From the NCBI GenBank assembly GCA_963699835.1, contig CAVOVJ010000012.1:33744-97743 (forward strand): a stretch of 64,000 nucleotides of DNA, written 5' to 3'. The notes under the pieces are model-generated. The model was not told the DNA's origin. It saw nothing but the letters and a program-made list of their open reading frames with translations, and searched no databases. Positions 48,528 through 60,322 of this stretch are shown piece after piece; the stretch's first letter is position 1, and each line of letters opens with the position of its first letter. This stretch comes from an uncultured Gammaproteobacteria bacterium. Lineage in GTDB: Bacteria; Pseudomonadota; Gammaproteobacteria; Steroidobacterales; BM003. A program made the position numbers and the translations under genes.

Positions 48528-48558
48528 GGTGGTCGATGCAATTGGCGCTGGGTATTAG

Positions 48559-48602
48559 CCAATGGTCTAAGTCATCATGGTCGTGTCGACCAAGGTCTAA
48601 TT
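48559..48602 (+). promoter_or_regulatory. two copies of CCA(A/-)(T/A)GGTCTAA in the porin/acs divergent control region
   Basis: GCCAATGGTCTAAG (48558-48571) and ACCAAGGTCTAATTGG (48589-48604). The GGTCTAA cores are exactly 30 bp apart, flanked by ATTGGC/GCCAAT inverted repeats. Confidence 0.35.
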
Positions 48603-48721
48603 GGCGAAATAGCGGGGCGCGACGAGACTTCATGGTGTGAGCGATCGTGTTGCCGGTGGTGAATGAGTCGGCCGTGGTCCGCTTGGTAATGGCATTCCTG
48701 AAACAGACGGGAGCGAATGGT

Positions 48722-50666
<1,945 letters not shown>

Positions 50667-50684
50667 GCGAAAAAAGGTGGCCAG

Positions 50685-51359
50685 ATGAATCTGGCGGACA
50701 AAATCATAATCGCGGATGACCACCCGCTATTTCGCGAGGCATTGCGCCAGGCGGTGGAGCGGGTTTGTCCGGGTTGCGAAATCGTCGAGGCCGAGGATCT
50801 GACCAGCCTGCAGGCGGTGACCGACGCTCACCCGAGCGCGGACCTGCTGCTGCTGGATCTGCACATGCCGGGGGTGAATGGCTTCAGCGGTCTCATTTAT
50901 GTGCGATCCCACCAGGCAACCTTGCCAACCGTCGTGGTGTCGGCATTGGAAGAGACCTGGGTGATCCAGCGCGCCCGTAACCACGGTGCCGCAGGATTCA
51001 TCCCGAAATCGGCGCCCGTGCGGGTAATTGCCGAAGCCATGCAGACCGTGCTCGAGGGGGAGCGGTGGTTTCCTCCGGGAACCGAAGGTGGCACGCTCGA
51101 TCCGCGTGAAAGCGACATTGCCGAGCGTATTGCGCAGCTGACGCCACAGCAGTTCCGGGTGTTGATGCTGTTGTCCGAGGGGTTGCTGAATAAACAGATT
51201 GCGTTCGAGATGTCGGTATCGGAAGCGACGATCAAGGCGCATGTGACCGCGATTATGAAAAAGCTCAAGGTCAATAATCGCACCCAGGCTGTTCTCGAGG
51301 CCGGACGGTTGACGGTCAAGCCGCCGAAAATGGATCCCGCAACGCTGGAACAGGCCTGA
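50685..51359 (+). CDS. crbR: LuxR/NarL-family response regulator (CrbR-like)
   Basis: Receiver IIIADDHPLFREAL...LLLLDLHMPG, C-terminal HTH LTPQQFRVLMLLSEGLLNKQIAFEMSVSEATIKAHV. Paired with the SSS-fused hybrid kinase. Confidence 0.8.
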   Translation: MNLADKIIIADDHPLFREALRQAVERVCPGCEIVEAEDLTSLQAVTDAHPSADLLLLDLHMPGVNGFSGLIYVRSHQATLPTVVVSALEETWVIQRARNHGAAGFIPKSAPVRVIAEAMQTVLEGERWFPPGTEGGTLDPRESDIAERIAQLTPQQFRVLMLLSEGLLNKQIAFEMSVSEATIKAHVTAIMKKLKVNNRTQAVLEAGRLTVKPPKMDPATLEQA

Positions 51360-51360
51360 A

Positions 51361-54300
51361 TCAGGCCGCCGCGCGGGTTCTGAGCAGACTGTCGAGGGTC
51401 GCCCGCAGCGCGGCCGGTTTGACTGGCTTGCGCAATAACGGGTACCCCTGTGTTTTTGCTTCGAGGCGAAGTTCCTCGGAGTGATCCGCGGTAATCACCG
51501 CGCCGGGAATGTCGCCGCGCCATTGCGTACGCAATTCACGCATCAGATCCAGCCCGTTTTCTCCGTGGTCCAGATGATAGTCGACCAGCATGGCGTCGGG
51601 CGGGTCCTGGCCCTCCAACAGTTTTCTGGCTTCGGCGAGTGACGCTGCCATAAGTGGCAAGCTGCCCCAGCGGCCAAGCAGTGCCGCCATACCGTTAAGA
51701 ACTTCTGGCTGATTGTCCACGCACAGAATCCGAGCGCCCTCCAGGCGGGTACCGGCAATGTAACTGGATGTTGTCAGCGGGCGGATGATCTTCTCCGACT
51801 CGCTGGCTGCCGGTACGGTAACTGTGAACACGCTGCCCTGGCCAACACGCGACCGGACCTTGATCGAGTGATCCAGCATTCCCGCAATACGCTCGACGAT
51901 CGCAAGACCCAGCCCCAGGCCCTTATCTTTGCTGCCGGCGCTCTCGATGCGCTGGAATTCGAGAAAAATCGTATCAAGGTTGTGCTCGGCGATACCGCAG
52001 CCTGTATCCCAAACCTGGATCTCGACGTTGTCACCGCGGCGGCGGCAGCCGAGCAGCACGCCACCCTCGCGGGTATAGCGGATGGCGTTGACCAGCAGGT
52101 TCTGCAGAATCCGCCGCAGCAATTGGCGATCACTGCGCACGATCTCGTTGTTTGCGTGTACCCGTATGCGCAGCCCTCGCTCTTCGGCCAGCGGGGCAAA
52201 TTGTTCTCGCAATGCCGGCAGCAGCTCTCCGAGGTGGACCGACTCGTGTTCGGGTACCAGTGCATCAGAATCGAGTTTTGAAATATCGAGCAAAGCACCC
52301 AGCAGATCTTCCGCGGCACCGAGGCTTCCATCGATTTGGCGCACCAGGCGCCGATGCGGTCGATCGAGTTCGTCTTCCCGATCGGCCAGAACTGAGGTAA
52401 ACAGCCGGGCGGCGTTCAACGGTTGCAGCAGGTCATGAGTCGCCGCGGCAAGAAAACGCGTCTTGCTGATGTTAGCCTGTTCCGCGTCGGCTTTGGCTGC
52501 GCGGAGCGCGGTCATTGCATGAGTCAGATCTTTTGTGCGCTCCTCGACCCGTTGTTCCAGTTCGGCTTTTGCGTCGCGCAGCGCGAGCTCGGCGCGGCGG
52601 CGCCCGGAAATATCCTGAAACATGCCGTAAAATCCGAGCACATTGCCGTCTTCGTCATGCTCGGGAATATAGGTCCCGAGAGCATAGAAATTACTGCCGT
52701 CGGCCGCCTCCAGCTCCAATTCGAAATCCTGCCGCACGCCCTGCAAGGCGCCCTCCATATAGCCGGTACGTTGTAGCAGCTGTCTCTCGGTAAGCACTTC
52801 CTCGATGCGTTTGCCGACAATGTCCTGCATCGGGATACCGGCAAATTGCAGATACGCTTTGTTGGCAAACCTGTAGCGGCCTTCCCGGTCGACATACGCG
52901 AGCATAAGGGGTGCATTGTCGGTGTAAAGACGTATGCTGCGTTCGCTCTCGCGTAATGCGGTCTCCACATGTTTGTAGTCGGTAATATCGGTATAGGTGG
53001 TGACGTAGCCGCCGCCGTTCATCGGCTTGCCACGAAGCTCGAGGACCCTTCCGTCCTCATAGAGACGTTCGTGCCGGTAGATATGACCCTTGCGCATGTG
53101 TTCGATCCGCTTCCTGACCTCGTTGTGCACCGCGCCCATTCCGAAAAGGCCACGCTCGGCGTTGAACTGGATCAGTTCGGCTACCGGCTTGCCGAGGTAG
53201 ACCAGTCCATCCGGGTAGTGGAGTAACTCGAGGTAACGCTTGTTCCAGCCGACCAGACGCAAATCGCTATCGACTACGCTAACACCCTGGCTAATGTTCT
53301 CCAGGGTCGATTCGAGCAGTTCCCTGTTGAATTTGAGCGCCTGGCTCGTCTGGTCGAGAAGCGTTACGACGTCACCGAGTTCCATCCCGGTTTTGCGCAG
53401 CGCCGTTGTCATCACCACACGCGCAGACGCGGCCCCGATAGAGCCGGCCAGCAGCCGTTCCGTAAACTGGACCAGTTGCGGTTTGGCCTGCGCGCCACTG
53501 TCCTGGGGCAGGCCGTGCTCGGCACGATAGCGTTCGAACGCGCGCTCACTGTTATCTGTGCCGATAAAGCGTTCCGCGAGAGCGACCAGGTCGCCGATCG
53601 TGACGAGCCGTTGCTGGCGGTGGGACAACCCGGGCGCTCGCCGGCCCGGAACGTCCATGAACGCCACTGCCTGCAGCTCTTCGCGAACGGACTGCCGAGT
53701 CGTCAACGAACCGATAACCAGCGCGACGATATTGGCGGCAAGTGACCAGAACACACCGTGCGCCATGGTCGGCCAGTCCTGAGTTCCGAGCAGTGCCTCC
53801 GGTCGCAGCCAGCTCATTGCAAATGGTCCGGTATCGATCCAGCCGGCGTCGATTCCCGCGGAGCGGAATAGCGTGGGTATTAGCAACGTGTAGGCCCAAA
53901 GCAAAAATCCGGCGACGAGTCCGCTCATGGCGCCATTTCGATTGGCGCCCGACCAGTACACTCCGGTGACTAACGGTGGCGCAAATTGGGCTGCGGCGGC
54001 AAACGACAGCAAGCCAATCGACGCCAGCGCCGAACTCTCGGCAGTGAGCCGGTAATAGGTATAGGCAACGAGTGCAATCAGCACGATGGTAATGCGCCGG
54101 GTATTCAACAATACCGTACTGTAGTCGTGCCGCGCCGCCCTGTTGCGCGCCTGGTTGCGCAGGATCATAGGCAGTACGATTTCATTGCTTACCATCGTCG
54201 CCAAAGCGACGCTGGCAACAATGACCATCCCGGTTGCTGCGGAAAATCCACCGAGAAAAGCCAGCAGAGATAACAGGGTCTGATCATAAAACGCCGGCAG

Positions 54301-55323
54301 GGCCAGAACGAAGGTGTCTGCATTGATGTCCGGATTGGAAAATGTCAGCCGCCCGGCGAGGGCGATCGGCATGACGAATGCAGTAATCACGACAAGATAT
54401 AACGGGAAAGCCCAGCGTGCGACACGCAGGTCGCTGGCGCCATTGCATTCCACGACACCGACATGAAACTGGCGCGGCAGGCACAGGATCGCCGCCATTG
54501 CGATGACCGTCTGGGCAAAAAAGGTGGCGATGCCAATGTCACTGCTGAAGGTCGTGCTGAGGCGCGGGTCGGTGACGGTTCTGGCGAGCATGTCGCCTAA
54601 GCCGCCGAATACCCCATAGATGGCGTACAAACCGACAGCGGCGAAAGCGAATAACTTGACCACCGATTCGAATGCGATAGCGAGCATCATGCCGCGTTGA
54701 TGTTCAGTTGCATCGAGCTGGCGAGTGCCGAACAGAATCGAAAACAATGCCAGCGCCAGCGCGGCATACAGCGCGAGACTGGCCCAGCCGCTGTCGTCCG
54801 GGAGGTTGTGGCCATCGGTCAGGACTGAGTAGCCCATGACCACTGCCTTGAGTTGCAGCGCGATGTAGGGGACGGTGCCGATGACGGCCATGACCGTGAC
54901 CAGTACCGCGATGCTGTGAGCCCGGCCATAGCGGGCGGCAACGAAATCCGCGATGGATGTCAGATTCTGGCGCTTGCTGATGTTGACGATCCGGTTGAGC
55001 AGATCGAAGCCGAAGAGGAACACCAGAATCGGACCGAGATAAATGGGCAGGAATTGCCAGCCACTGGAGGCCGCTGTGCCGACCGCGCCATAAAAGGTCC
55101 ACGACGTGCAGTACACCGCCAGCGTAAGACTGTAGACGAGCGCTCTGCCGCGAGATTCTCGTGCACCACTGCGGCGCGGCCGTCTGTCGCCGAAGTACGC
55201 GATTGCAAACAGAATGCCCACGTACCCCAGGGATAGCGCAAGAAGTAGTGCTGCACTAAGCAAAGGGCTCCCCCGAGACCGACCTGAAGGCCTGTAATAC
55301 CATGGTCTAAGGCGCCCGGGCAA
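51361..55323 (-). CDS. crbS: hybrid sensor kinase with N-terminal sodium:solute-symporter-like domain, PAS, HisKA/HATPase and receiver (CrbS-like)
   Basis: About 13 TM SSS-like N-terminus, PAS regions, H-box FLAAATHDLLQPLNA, ATPase VWDTGCGI...GLGLGLAIV, C-terminal receiver ...MLVDYHLD. TTG start at 55323; alternative TTG at 55263 has a GGGGGAG RBS. Confidence 0.85.
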   Translation of the reverse strand: MPGRLRPWYYRPSGRSRGSPLLSAALLLALSLGYVGILFAIAYFGDRRPRRSGARESRGRALVYSLTLAVYCTSWTFYGAVGTAASSGWQFLPIYLGPILVFLFGFDLLNRIVNISKRQNLTSIADFVAARYGRAHSIAVLVTVMAVIGTVPYIALQLKAVVMGYSVLTDGHNLPDDSGWASLALYAALALALFSILFGTRQLDATEHQRGMMLAIAFESVVKLFAFAAVGLYAIYGVFGGLGDMLARTVTDPRLSTTFSSDIGIATFFAQTVIAMAAILCLPRQFHVGVVECNGASDLRVARWAFPLYLVVITAFVMPIALAGRLTFSNPDINADTFVLALPAFYDQTLLSLLAFLGGFSAATGMVIVASVALATMVSNEIVLPMILRNQARNRAARHDYSTVLLNTRRITIVLIALVAYTYYRLTAESSALASIGLLSFAAAAQFAPPLVTGVYWSGANRNGAMSGLVAGFLLWAYTLLIPTLFRSAGIDAGWIDTGPFAMSWLRPEALLGTQDWPTMAHGVFWSLAANIVALVIGSLTTRQSVREELQAVAFMDVPGRRAPGLSHRQQRLVTIGDLVALAERFIGTDNSERAFERYRAEHGLPQDSGAQAKPQLVQFTERLLAGSIGAASARVVMTTALRKTGMELGDVVTLLDQTSQALKFNRELLESTLENISQGVSVVDSDLRLVGWNKRYLELLHYPDGLVYLGKPVAELIQFNAERGLFGMGAVHNEVRKRIEHMRKGHIYRHERLYEDGRVLELRGKPMNGGGYVTTYTDITDYKHVETALRESERSIRLYTDNAPLMLAYVDREGRYRFANKAYLQFAGIPMQDIVGKRIEEVLTERQLLQRTGYMEGALQGVRQDFELELEAADGSNFYALGTYIPEHDEDGNVLGFYGMFQDISGRRRAELALRDAKAELEQRVEERTKDLTHAMTALRAAKADAEQANISKTRFLAAATHDLLQPLNAARLFTSVLADREDELDRPHRRLVRQIDGSLGAAEDLLGALLDISKLDSDALVPEHESVHLGELLPALREQFAPLAEERGLRIRVHANNEIVRSDRQLLRRILQNLLVNAIRYTREGGVLLGCRRRGDNVEIQVWDTGCGIAEHNLDTIFLEFQRIESAGSKDKGLGLGLAIVERIAGMLDHSIKVRSRVGQGSVFTVTVPAASESEKIIRPLTTSSYIAGTRLEGARILCVDNQPEVLNGMAALLGRWGSLPLMAASLAEARKLLEGQDPPDAMLVDYHLDHGENGLDLMRELRTQWRGDIPGAVITADHSEELRLEAKTQGYPLLRKPVKPAALRATLDSLLRTRAAA
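55298..55312 (+). promoter_or_regulatory. third copy of the CCAWGGTCTAA motif (ACCATGGTCTAAGG)
   Basis: Lies ~200 bp upstream of DUF4212/symporter. If crbS starts at 55263, it lies ~40 bp upstream of crbS on the opposite strand. Confidence 0.3.
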
Positions 55324-55510
55324 GCGTTCTGCACGGCCCCGTCAAAGAACGCAAGCCACTGAATTAGCCAGCAAAACATATCTGCTGTCTGCTCCGTCCC
55401 CGCGCCGGTGGCGCCCCCCAGTAAGACTAAAGTAGGGCTTAGTTGCGACTTGCCCTTTGATAGATTTATTGCGCCTTTGCATCTGGTAAGCGGGGAGAGG
55501 AGAGGTCCTA

Positions 55511-55771
55511 ATGATCACAAAAGATAATCGTGCGGCCTACTGGAAAGACAATCTGCGCCTGGTGACGATCTGTCTCGTTATCTGGTTCATAGTGTCTTAC
55601 CTGTTCGGCATCGTGCTTGCGGAGCCATTAAACAGTATACGTCTGGGGGGCTACAAACTCGGATTCTGGTTCTCGCAGCAGGGATCCATCTACGTCTTCG
55701 TGGTGCTGATTTTCTTCTACGCAAGACAGATGAACAAACTCGATCAAAAGTACGACGTCCACGAGGATTAA
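55511..55771 (+). CDS. DUF4212 small membrane subunit of solute:sodium symporter
   Basis: 86 aa, two TM segments, YWKDNLRLVTICLVIWFIVSY...GFWFSQQGSIYVFVVLIFFYA pattern. Immediately precedes the SSS transporter. Confidence 0.85.
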   Translation: MITKDNRAAYWKDNLRLVTICLVIWFIVSYLFGIVLAEPLNSIRLGGYKLGFWFSQQGSIYVFVVLIFFYARQMNKLDQKYDVHED

Positions 55772-55781
55772 GGGGAAAATC

Positions 55782-57560
55782 ATGGAACTAAAAACTATGA
55801 CCTATATCGTCGTGGGCCTTACGTTTATGGTCTACATCGCTATAGCGATCTGGTCGCGGGCATCGACCACCGGCGAGTTCTACGTGGCCGGCAAGGGTAT
55901 TCACCCGGTTGCCAACGGTATGGCGACGGCCGCTGACTGGATGTCCGCGGCTTCGTTTATTTCAATGGCAGGTCTGATCGCCTTCCTTGGATACGGCGGA
56001 TCAGTATTTCTGATGGGCTGGACCGGCGGTTACGTGTTGCTGGCAATGTTGCTTGCGCCCTATTTGCGCAAGTTCGGCAAGTTCACGGTGCCGGAATTCG
56101 TCGGTGAGCGATATTATTCGCAAACCGCACGCATCGTGGCGGTCATTTGCCTGATCGTCGCTTCGATTACCTACGTAATCGGGCAGATGAAAGGTATCGG
56201 TGTGGCGTTTTCACGATTTATGGAAGTCGAATTCGCGACCGGTCTCTTTACCGGTATGGGGATCGTGTTTATCTACGCAGTTCTGGGTGGAATGAAAGGC
56301 ATCACGTACACCCAGATCGCACAGTATTGTGTCCTGATTTTCGCCTATACGATTCCGGCGATTTTCATCTCACTGCAACTGACCGGCAATCCGATCCCGC
56401 AGCTTGGTCTTGGCAGCACGATGGCGGACGGTACCTATCTGCTCGATAAACTCGACCTTATCGTCACCGATCTGGGTTTCCGCGAATATACGACATCTTC
56501 GAACGGCAACATGCTGAATATGTTCCTTTACACGCTGTCGCTGATGATTGGAACCGCGGGATTACCCCACGTCATCATTCGTTTCTTCACGGTACCGAAG
56601 GTGCGGGATGCACGTTACTCCGCCGGTTGGGCGCTGGTCTTCATTGCCATTCTGTACACGACCGCGCCTGCAGTCGGTGCGATGGCCCGGCTGAATCTGA
56701 CCAATACCATCCAGATTGGCGATGTCGGCTCTCCGACCGGCAACCTGGTTGCCGACGAGCGTCCGGAGTGGATGAAGCGTTGGGAAACCACCGGCCTGCT
56801 GGGCTTCGAGGACAAGAACGGCGACGGGCGGATTCAGTATTTCAACGACGCCAACGCCGATTTTGTCACCAAGGCTGAAGGCTGGGGCTGGCAAGGCAAC
56901 GAGATGACCAAGGTCGACCGCGACATCATGGTGCTCGCCAATCCGGAAATTGCGAGTCTGCCCAACTGGGTGATCGCCCTGGTGGCGGCAGGTGGAATCG
57001 CGGCGGCACTATCGACCGCAGCCGGTCTGCTGCTGGCCATATCGTCGGCCATCTCGCACGATCTTCTGAAAGGCGTGTTCATGCCGCAAATATCCGAGAA
57101 GAACGAGCTGATGGCCAGTCGTATTGCGATGGCGTTTGCGATCGTGCTGGCGGGTTGGCTGGGATTGAATCCGCCAGGCTTCGCGGCGCAGGTCGTGGCG
57201 TTGGCGTTCGGTCTCGCGGCCTCGTCGATATTCCCGGCGCTGATGATGGGTATCTTCGACAAACGCGCAAACAGCGCCGGTGCGATTGCGGGCATGCTGT
57301 CGGGGCTTAGTGCGACGCTGTTGTACATCTTCTGGTTCAAGGGCTGGTTCTTCGTGCCTGGTACCGAGATGGCAGCCAACACGGCTGACAACTGGCTGTT
57401 GGGTATTTCACCAGAGGCGTTCGGCGCAGTAGGCGCGCTGATCAACTTCGCCGTGGCGTACGCGGTATCGCGTGCGACCGCGCCACCTCCGGAACACATC
57501 CAGCACCTCGTCGAGGACATCCGTGTTCCGCGCGGCGCCGGAGCGGGGGCGGCTCACTAA
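55782..57560 (+). CDS. sodium:solute symporter family transporter (VC_2705-type, acetate/monocarboxylate permease-like)
   Basis: 592 aa, about 13-14 TM segments, SSS signature GEFYVAGKGIHPVANGMATAADWMSAASFISMAG. Confidence 0.9.
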   Translation: MELKTMTYIVVGLTFMVYIAIAIWSRASTTGEFYVAGKGIHPVANGMATAADWMSAASFISMAGLIAFLGYGGSVFLMGWTGGYVLLAMLLAPYLRKFGKFTVPEFVGERYYSQTARIVAVICLIVASITYVIGQMKGIGVAFSRFMEVEFATGLFTGMGIVFIYAVLGGMKGITYTQIAQYCVLIFAYTIPAIFISLQLTGNPIPQLGLGSTMADGTYLLDKLDLIVTDLGFREYTTSSNGNMLNMFLYTLSLMIGTAGLPHVIIRFFTVPKVRDARYSAGWALVFIAILYTTAPAVGAMARLNLTNTIQIGDVGSPTGNLVADERPEWMKRWETTGLLGFEDKNGDGRIQYFNDANADFVTKAEGWGWQGNEMTKVDRDIMVLANPEIASLPNWVIALVAAGGIAAALSTAAGLLLAISSAISHDLLKGVFMPQISEKNELMASRIAMAFAIVLAGWLGLNPPGFAAQVVALAFGLAASSIFPALMMGIFDKRANSAGAIAGMLSGLSATLLYIFWFKGWFFVPGTEMAANTADNWLLGISPEAFGAVGALINFAVAYAVSRATAPPPEHIQHLVEDIRVPRGAGAGAAH

Positions 57561-57583
57561 CGACGCAAGTAAGGTGCACTACC

Positions 57584-57614
57584 GGGGCCACCCTTTGCGG
57601 TGGCCCCTTTTTTT
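57584..57614 (+). terminator. intrinsic terminator after the symporter
   Basis: Perfect 9-bp stem GGGGCCACC/GGTGGCCCC, 6-nt loop, then TTTTTTT. Confidence 0.85.
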
Positions 57615-57661
57615 GCGGAATATGATCGGCAGATGCAGACAGCACGGGAGCGTGGCCTTCA

Positions 57662-59502
57662 ATGATCGAGCTACCTGAAATCACTGAATTTCTGATCGCA
57701 CATCGTCCATTCGATGAATTGCCAGGGGAGGAAATTGCCCGCACCGTCCGCGCGGTGGAAATTGAATACTTCCGCCGTGGCGCTCAGATTCTGGCGGCAG
57801 ACTCGGACAACATGGAATTGCACATGATCCGCAACGGGGCGGTGGAGTTGCACGACAGCGAGGATGAGCTCGTGGCCCGGCTGGGCGAGGGCGACTATTT
57901 CGGTTATATCTCTTTGCTCAGCGGTCGACCGGTCCGCTACCGGGTCACCGCCCTGGAAGATACGATCGTCTATCATCTGCCCGGTGGCGATATTCAACAG
58001 GCTGCGTCATGCGAATCCGCGGTTCGATCAGTATTTCACCGAGGCATTCGCTGAGCGTCTGCAGTCTTATGTCGACGAACGTCTCGTCGGCGGAGGTGGC
58101 CACGACACGCTTGCGTCAGTTGGTCCAGCGCAGCCCGGTCGTCGTCACGCCGGAGGCAAGTATTGCCGACGCAGCGAAATGCATGTCCGAGAAACGGGTG
58201 TCGGCTTTGCTTGTCTGTGACAACGAGTCACTGGCCGGAATTGTTACAGACCGCGATCTGCGCAATCGCGTCGTCGCTGAGTGTCGACCCTACGAAGATG
58301 CGATCTCGACGGTGATGACGCCGCGACCCATGACACTCGATGCCGATGAAATGCTGGCGGATGCACTGCTGACGATGATGCGCTCAAATATCCACCACCT
58401 CCCGGTAACCAGCGAAGGTCGTCCGGTTGGGATGGTTTCGCTTGCGGATCTGCTGCGCGCGGAGTCCGAGCATCCGATTTACATGATCGGAGACATCCTG
58501 AAGCAACCTGATCCGGATAGTATCGCCCAGGTGTGCGTCAGTCTTCCGAGCCTGTTCCTGCGTATGGTTGATGCCGATGCAACGGCAGACCAGATCGGTA
58601 AAGTGGTAACGGCCGTCACCGATGCGGTGACACGGCGCCTGGTGATGCTGGCCGAGGAGAAACTGGGAGCGCCGCCGATTCCCTACGCGTGGCTGGCGCT
58701 CGGCTCGCAGGCGCGCCAGGAGCAAACGGTGAAGACCGATCAGGACAATGCAATTGTCATGTCCGATGAGGCGACCGACGCCGATCGCAAGTACTTCGAA
58801 GAACTGGCGCGCTTCGTTTCGGACGGGCTCGCTCTTTGCGGTTATCCTTACTGCCCCGGCAACGTCATGGCGACCAACGAAAAATGGCTGCAACCGCTGC
58901 GGGTCTGGAAACGTTATTTTGACGGCTGGATGACCGAGCCGGAGCCCAAGGCCCTGATGTATGCCGATATCTTCTTCGATCTGCGTTTCTCGTACGGTGA
59001 CGAATCCCTGGTGGACGAACTGAAGGGCTGGGTTGGTGAACTGGCACGGCAGAACCGGATCTTTCTTGCCATGATGGCGCGAAACGCAATGACCTTTACG
59101 CCGCCGCTGGGGTTTTTCCGCCAGTTCGTGCTGGAACGCGGCGGTGAGCATAAGGAGACGCTGAATCTCAAGCTGAATGGCGTGATTCCGATTGTCGAGC
59201 TGGCGCGCATCCATTCGCTTGCCAGCGGGGAATTACGCGTCAATACGCGGCGCCGGCTGCGCGGCGCCGCGCGTAGCGGCCGGCTCAACCGCAACGATGC
59301 CAAGAGCCTTGAAGACGCCCTCGAACTTATCGATTCGACTCGTCTCAGCCATCAGGCGCGGCAATTGCGGGCCGGCGAGGAGCCTGATAACTACGTAAAA
59401 CCAAAAAGCCTGTCACCACTTGCGCGCGATCATCTGAAAGCCGCGTTTGGAGTGGTGCGTACCTCGCAGCAGGCGCTGCTGAATAGTTTCGGTCTGGCCT
59501 GA
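57662..59502 (+). pseudogene. cNMP-binding + tandem CBS + DUF294 nucleotidyltransferase protein, two frame breaks (near 57981-57996 and 58075-58105)
   Basis: The cNMP domain (GDYFGYISLLSGRPVRYRVTALEDT) is in frame 2. IFNRLRHANPRFDQYFTEAFAERLQSYVDE is in frame 3. ATTRLRQLVQRSPVVV..CBS..DUF294 is in frame 1. Span is 1841 nt = 3n+2. Confidence 0.8.
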
Positions 59503-59506
59503 GCTC

Positions 59507-60193
59507 ATGGCAATGCGCTGGGACTGGGCGATAGACCGCCGCCGCCGTCGTCTGCGCAAACTGTGCCGCGGCGATGCCATGCAGGCCTACCTGGATACTC
59601 CAACGCCGCGTGCCAACACGCCGTATGATGTGGCCGAGTTCATCGTCGTCGACCTCGAGACCACCGGTCTCGATCCGCTCGCGGACGAAATTGTCAGTAT
59701 CGGCTGGGTTCTGGTGACCCGCTCGCGGGTGTTGCTCGCAAGCGCAAGCCACATCGTCATTTGTACCGGAAACCCGATGAATCAGAGCGCGATCGTGCAT
59801 GGCCTGCGCGACTCGGATCTTGCGGCCGGTGCGCCGCTGGGGCAGGCGCTCGATGAGTTTTTGAGCGCGCTGGCGGGACGGGTGCTGGTCGCGCACCATG
59901 CCCCTCTGGACTGCAGCTTCCTCGACAAGGCGTGTAACGAAGCGTATGGCGTGCCGCTGGTCGCGCGTTGCGTCGACACCCTCGAGCTCGAAAAACGCCG
60001 TCGCGCGCATCGTAACCAGAGCTATACCTCGGGTGCGTTACGGCTCGGTGCATTGCGCGAACATTATGGCCTTCCCCGGGTCCGCGCCCACAATGCGCTG
60101 GCCGACGCGATCGCGACCGCGGAGTTACTGCTGGTCATGGCGCGGCGGCGTCAGGGCCGCGGCAAGATCGCGCTGGCACAGATTTTTACCTGA
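59507..60193 (+). CDS. DEDDh 3'-5' exonuclease (DNA polymerase III epsilon-like)
   Basis: Exo motifs VVDLETTGLDP, VAHHAPLDCSFL, HNALADAIATAELL. Starts 4 nt after the DUF294 stop. Confidence 0.8.
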   Translation: MAMRWDWAIDRRRRRLRKLCRGDAMQAYLDTPTPRANTPYDVAEFIVVDLETTGLDPLADEIVSIGWVLVTRSRVLLASASHIVICTGNPMNQSAIVHGLRDSDLAAGAPLGQALDEFLSALAGRVLVAHHAPLDCSFLDKACNEAYGVPLVARCVDTLELEKRRRAHRNQSYTSGALRLGALREHYGLPRVRAHNALADAIATAELLLVMARRRQGRGKIALAQIFT

Positions 60194-60322
60194 ATACGGC
60201 AGTTCCCGGCCCGGCTCGGATATCAATCTAAAGTCCAATGGTGTTTGCTGGCGCCGCGCGCGAAAATCGGCGTTTGTGCCACAGGGACGGTTCGCTCCAA
60301 CAGCGGCGACCGCAGCAGATCC

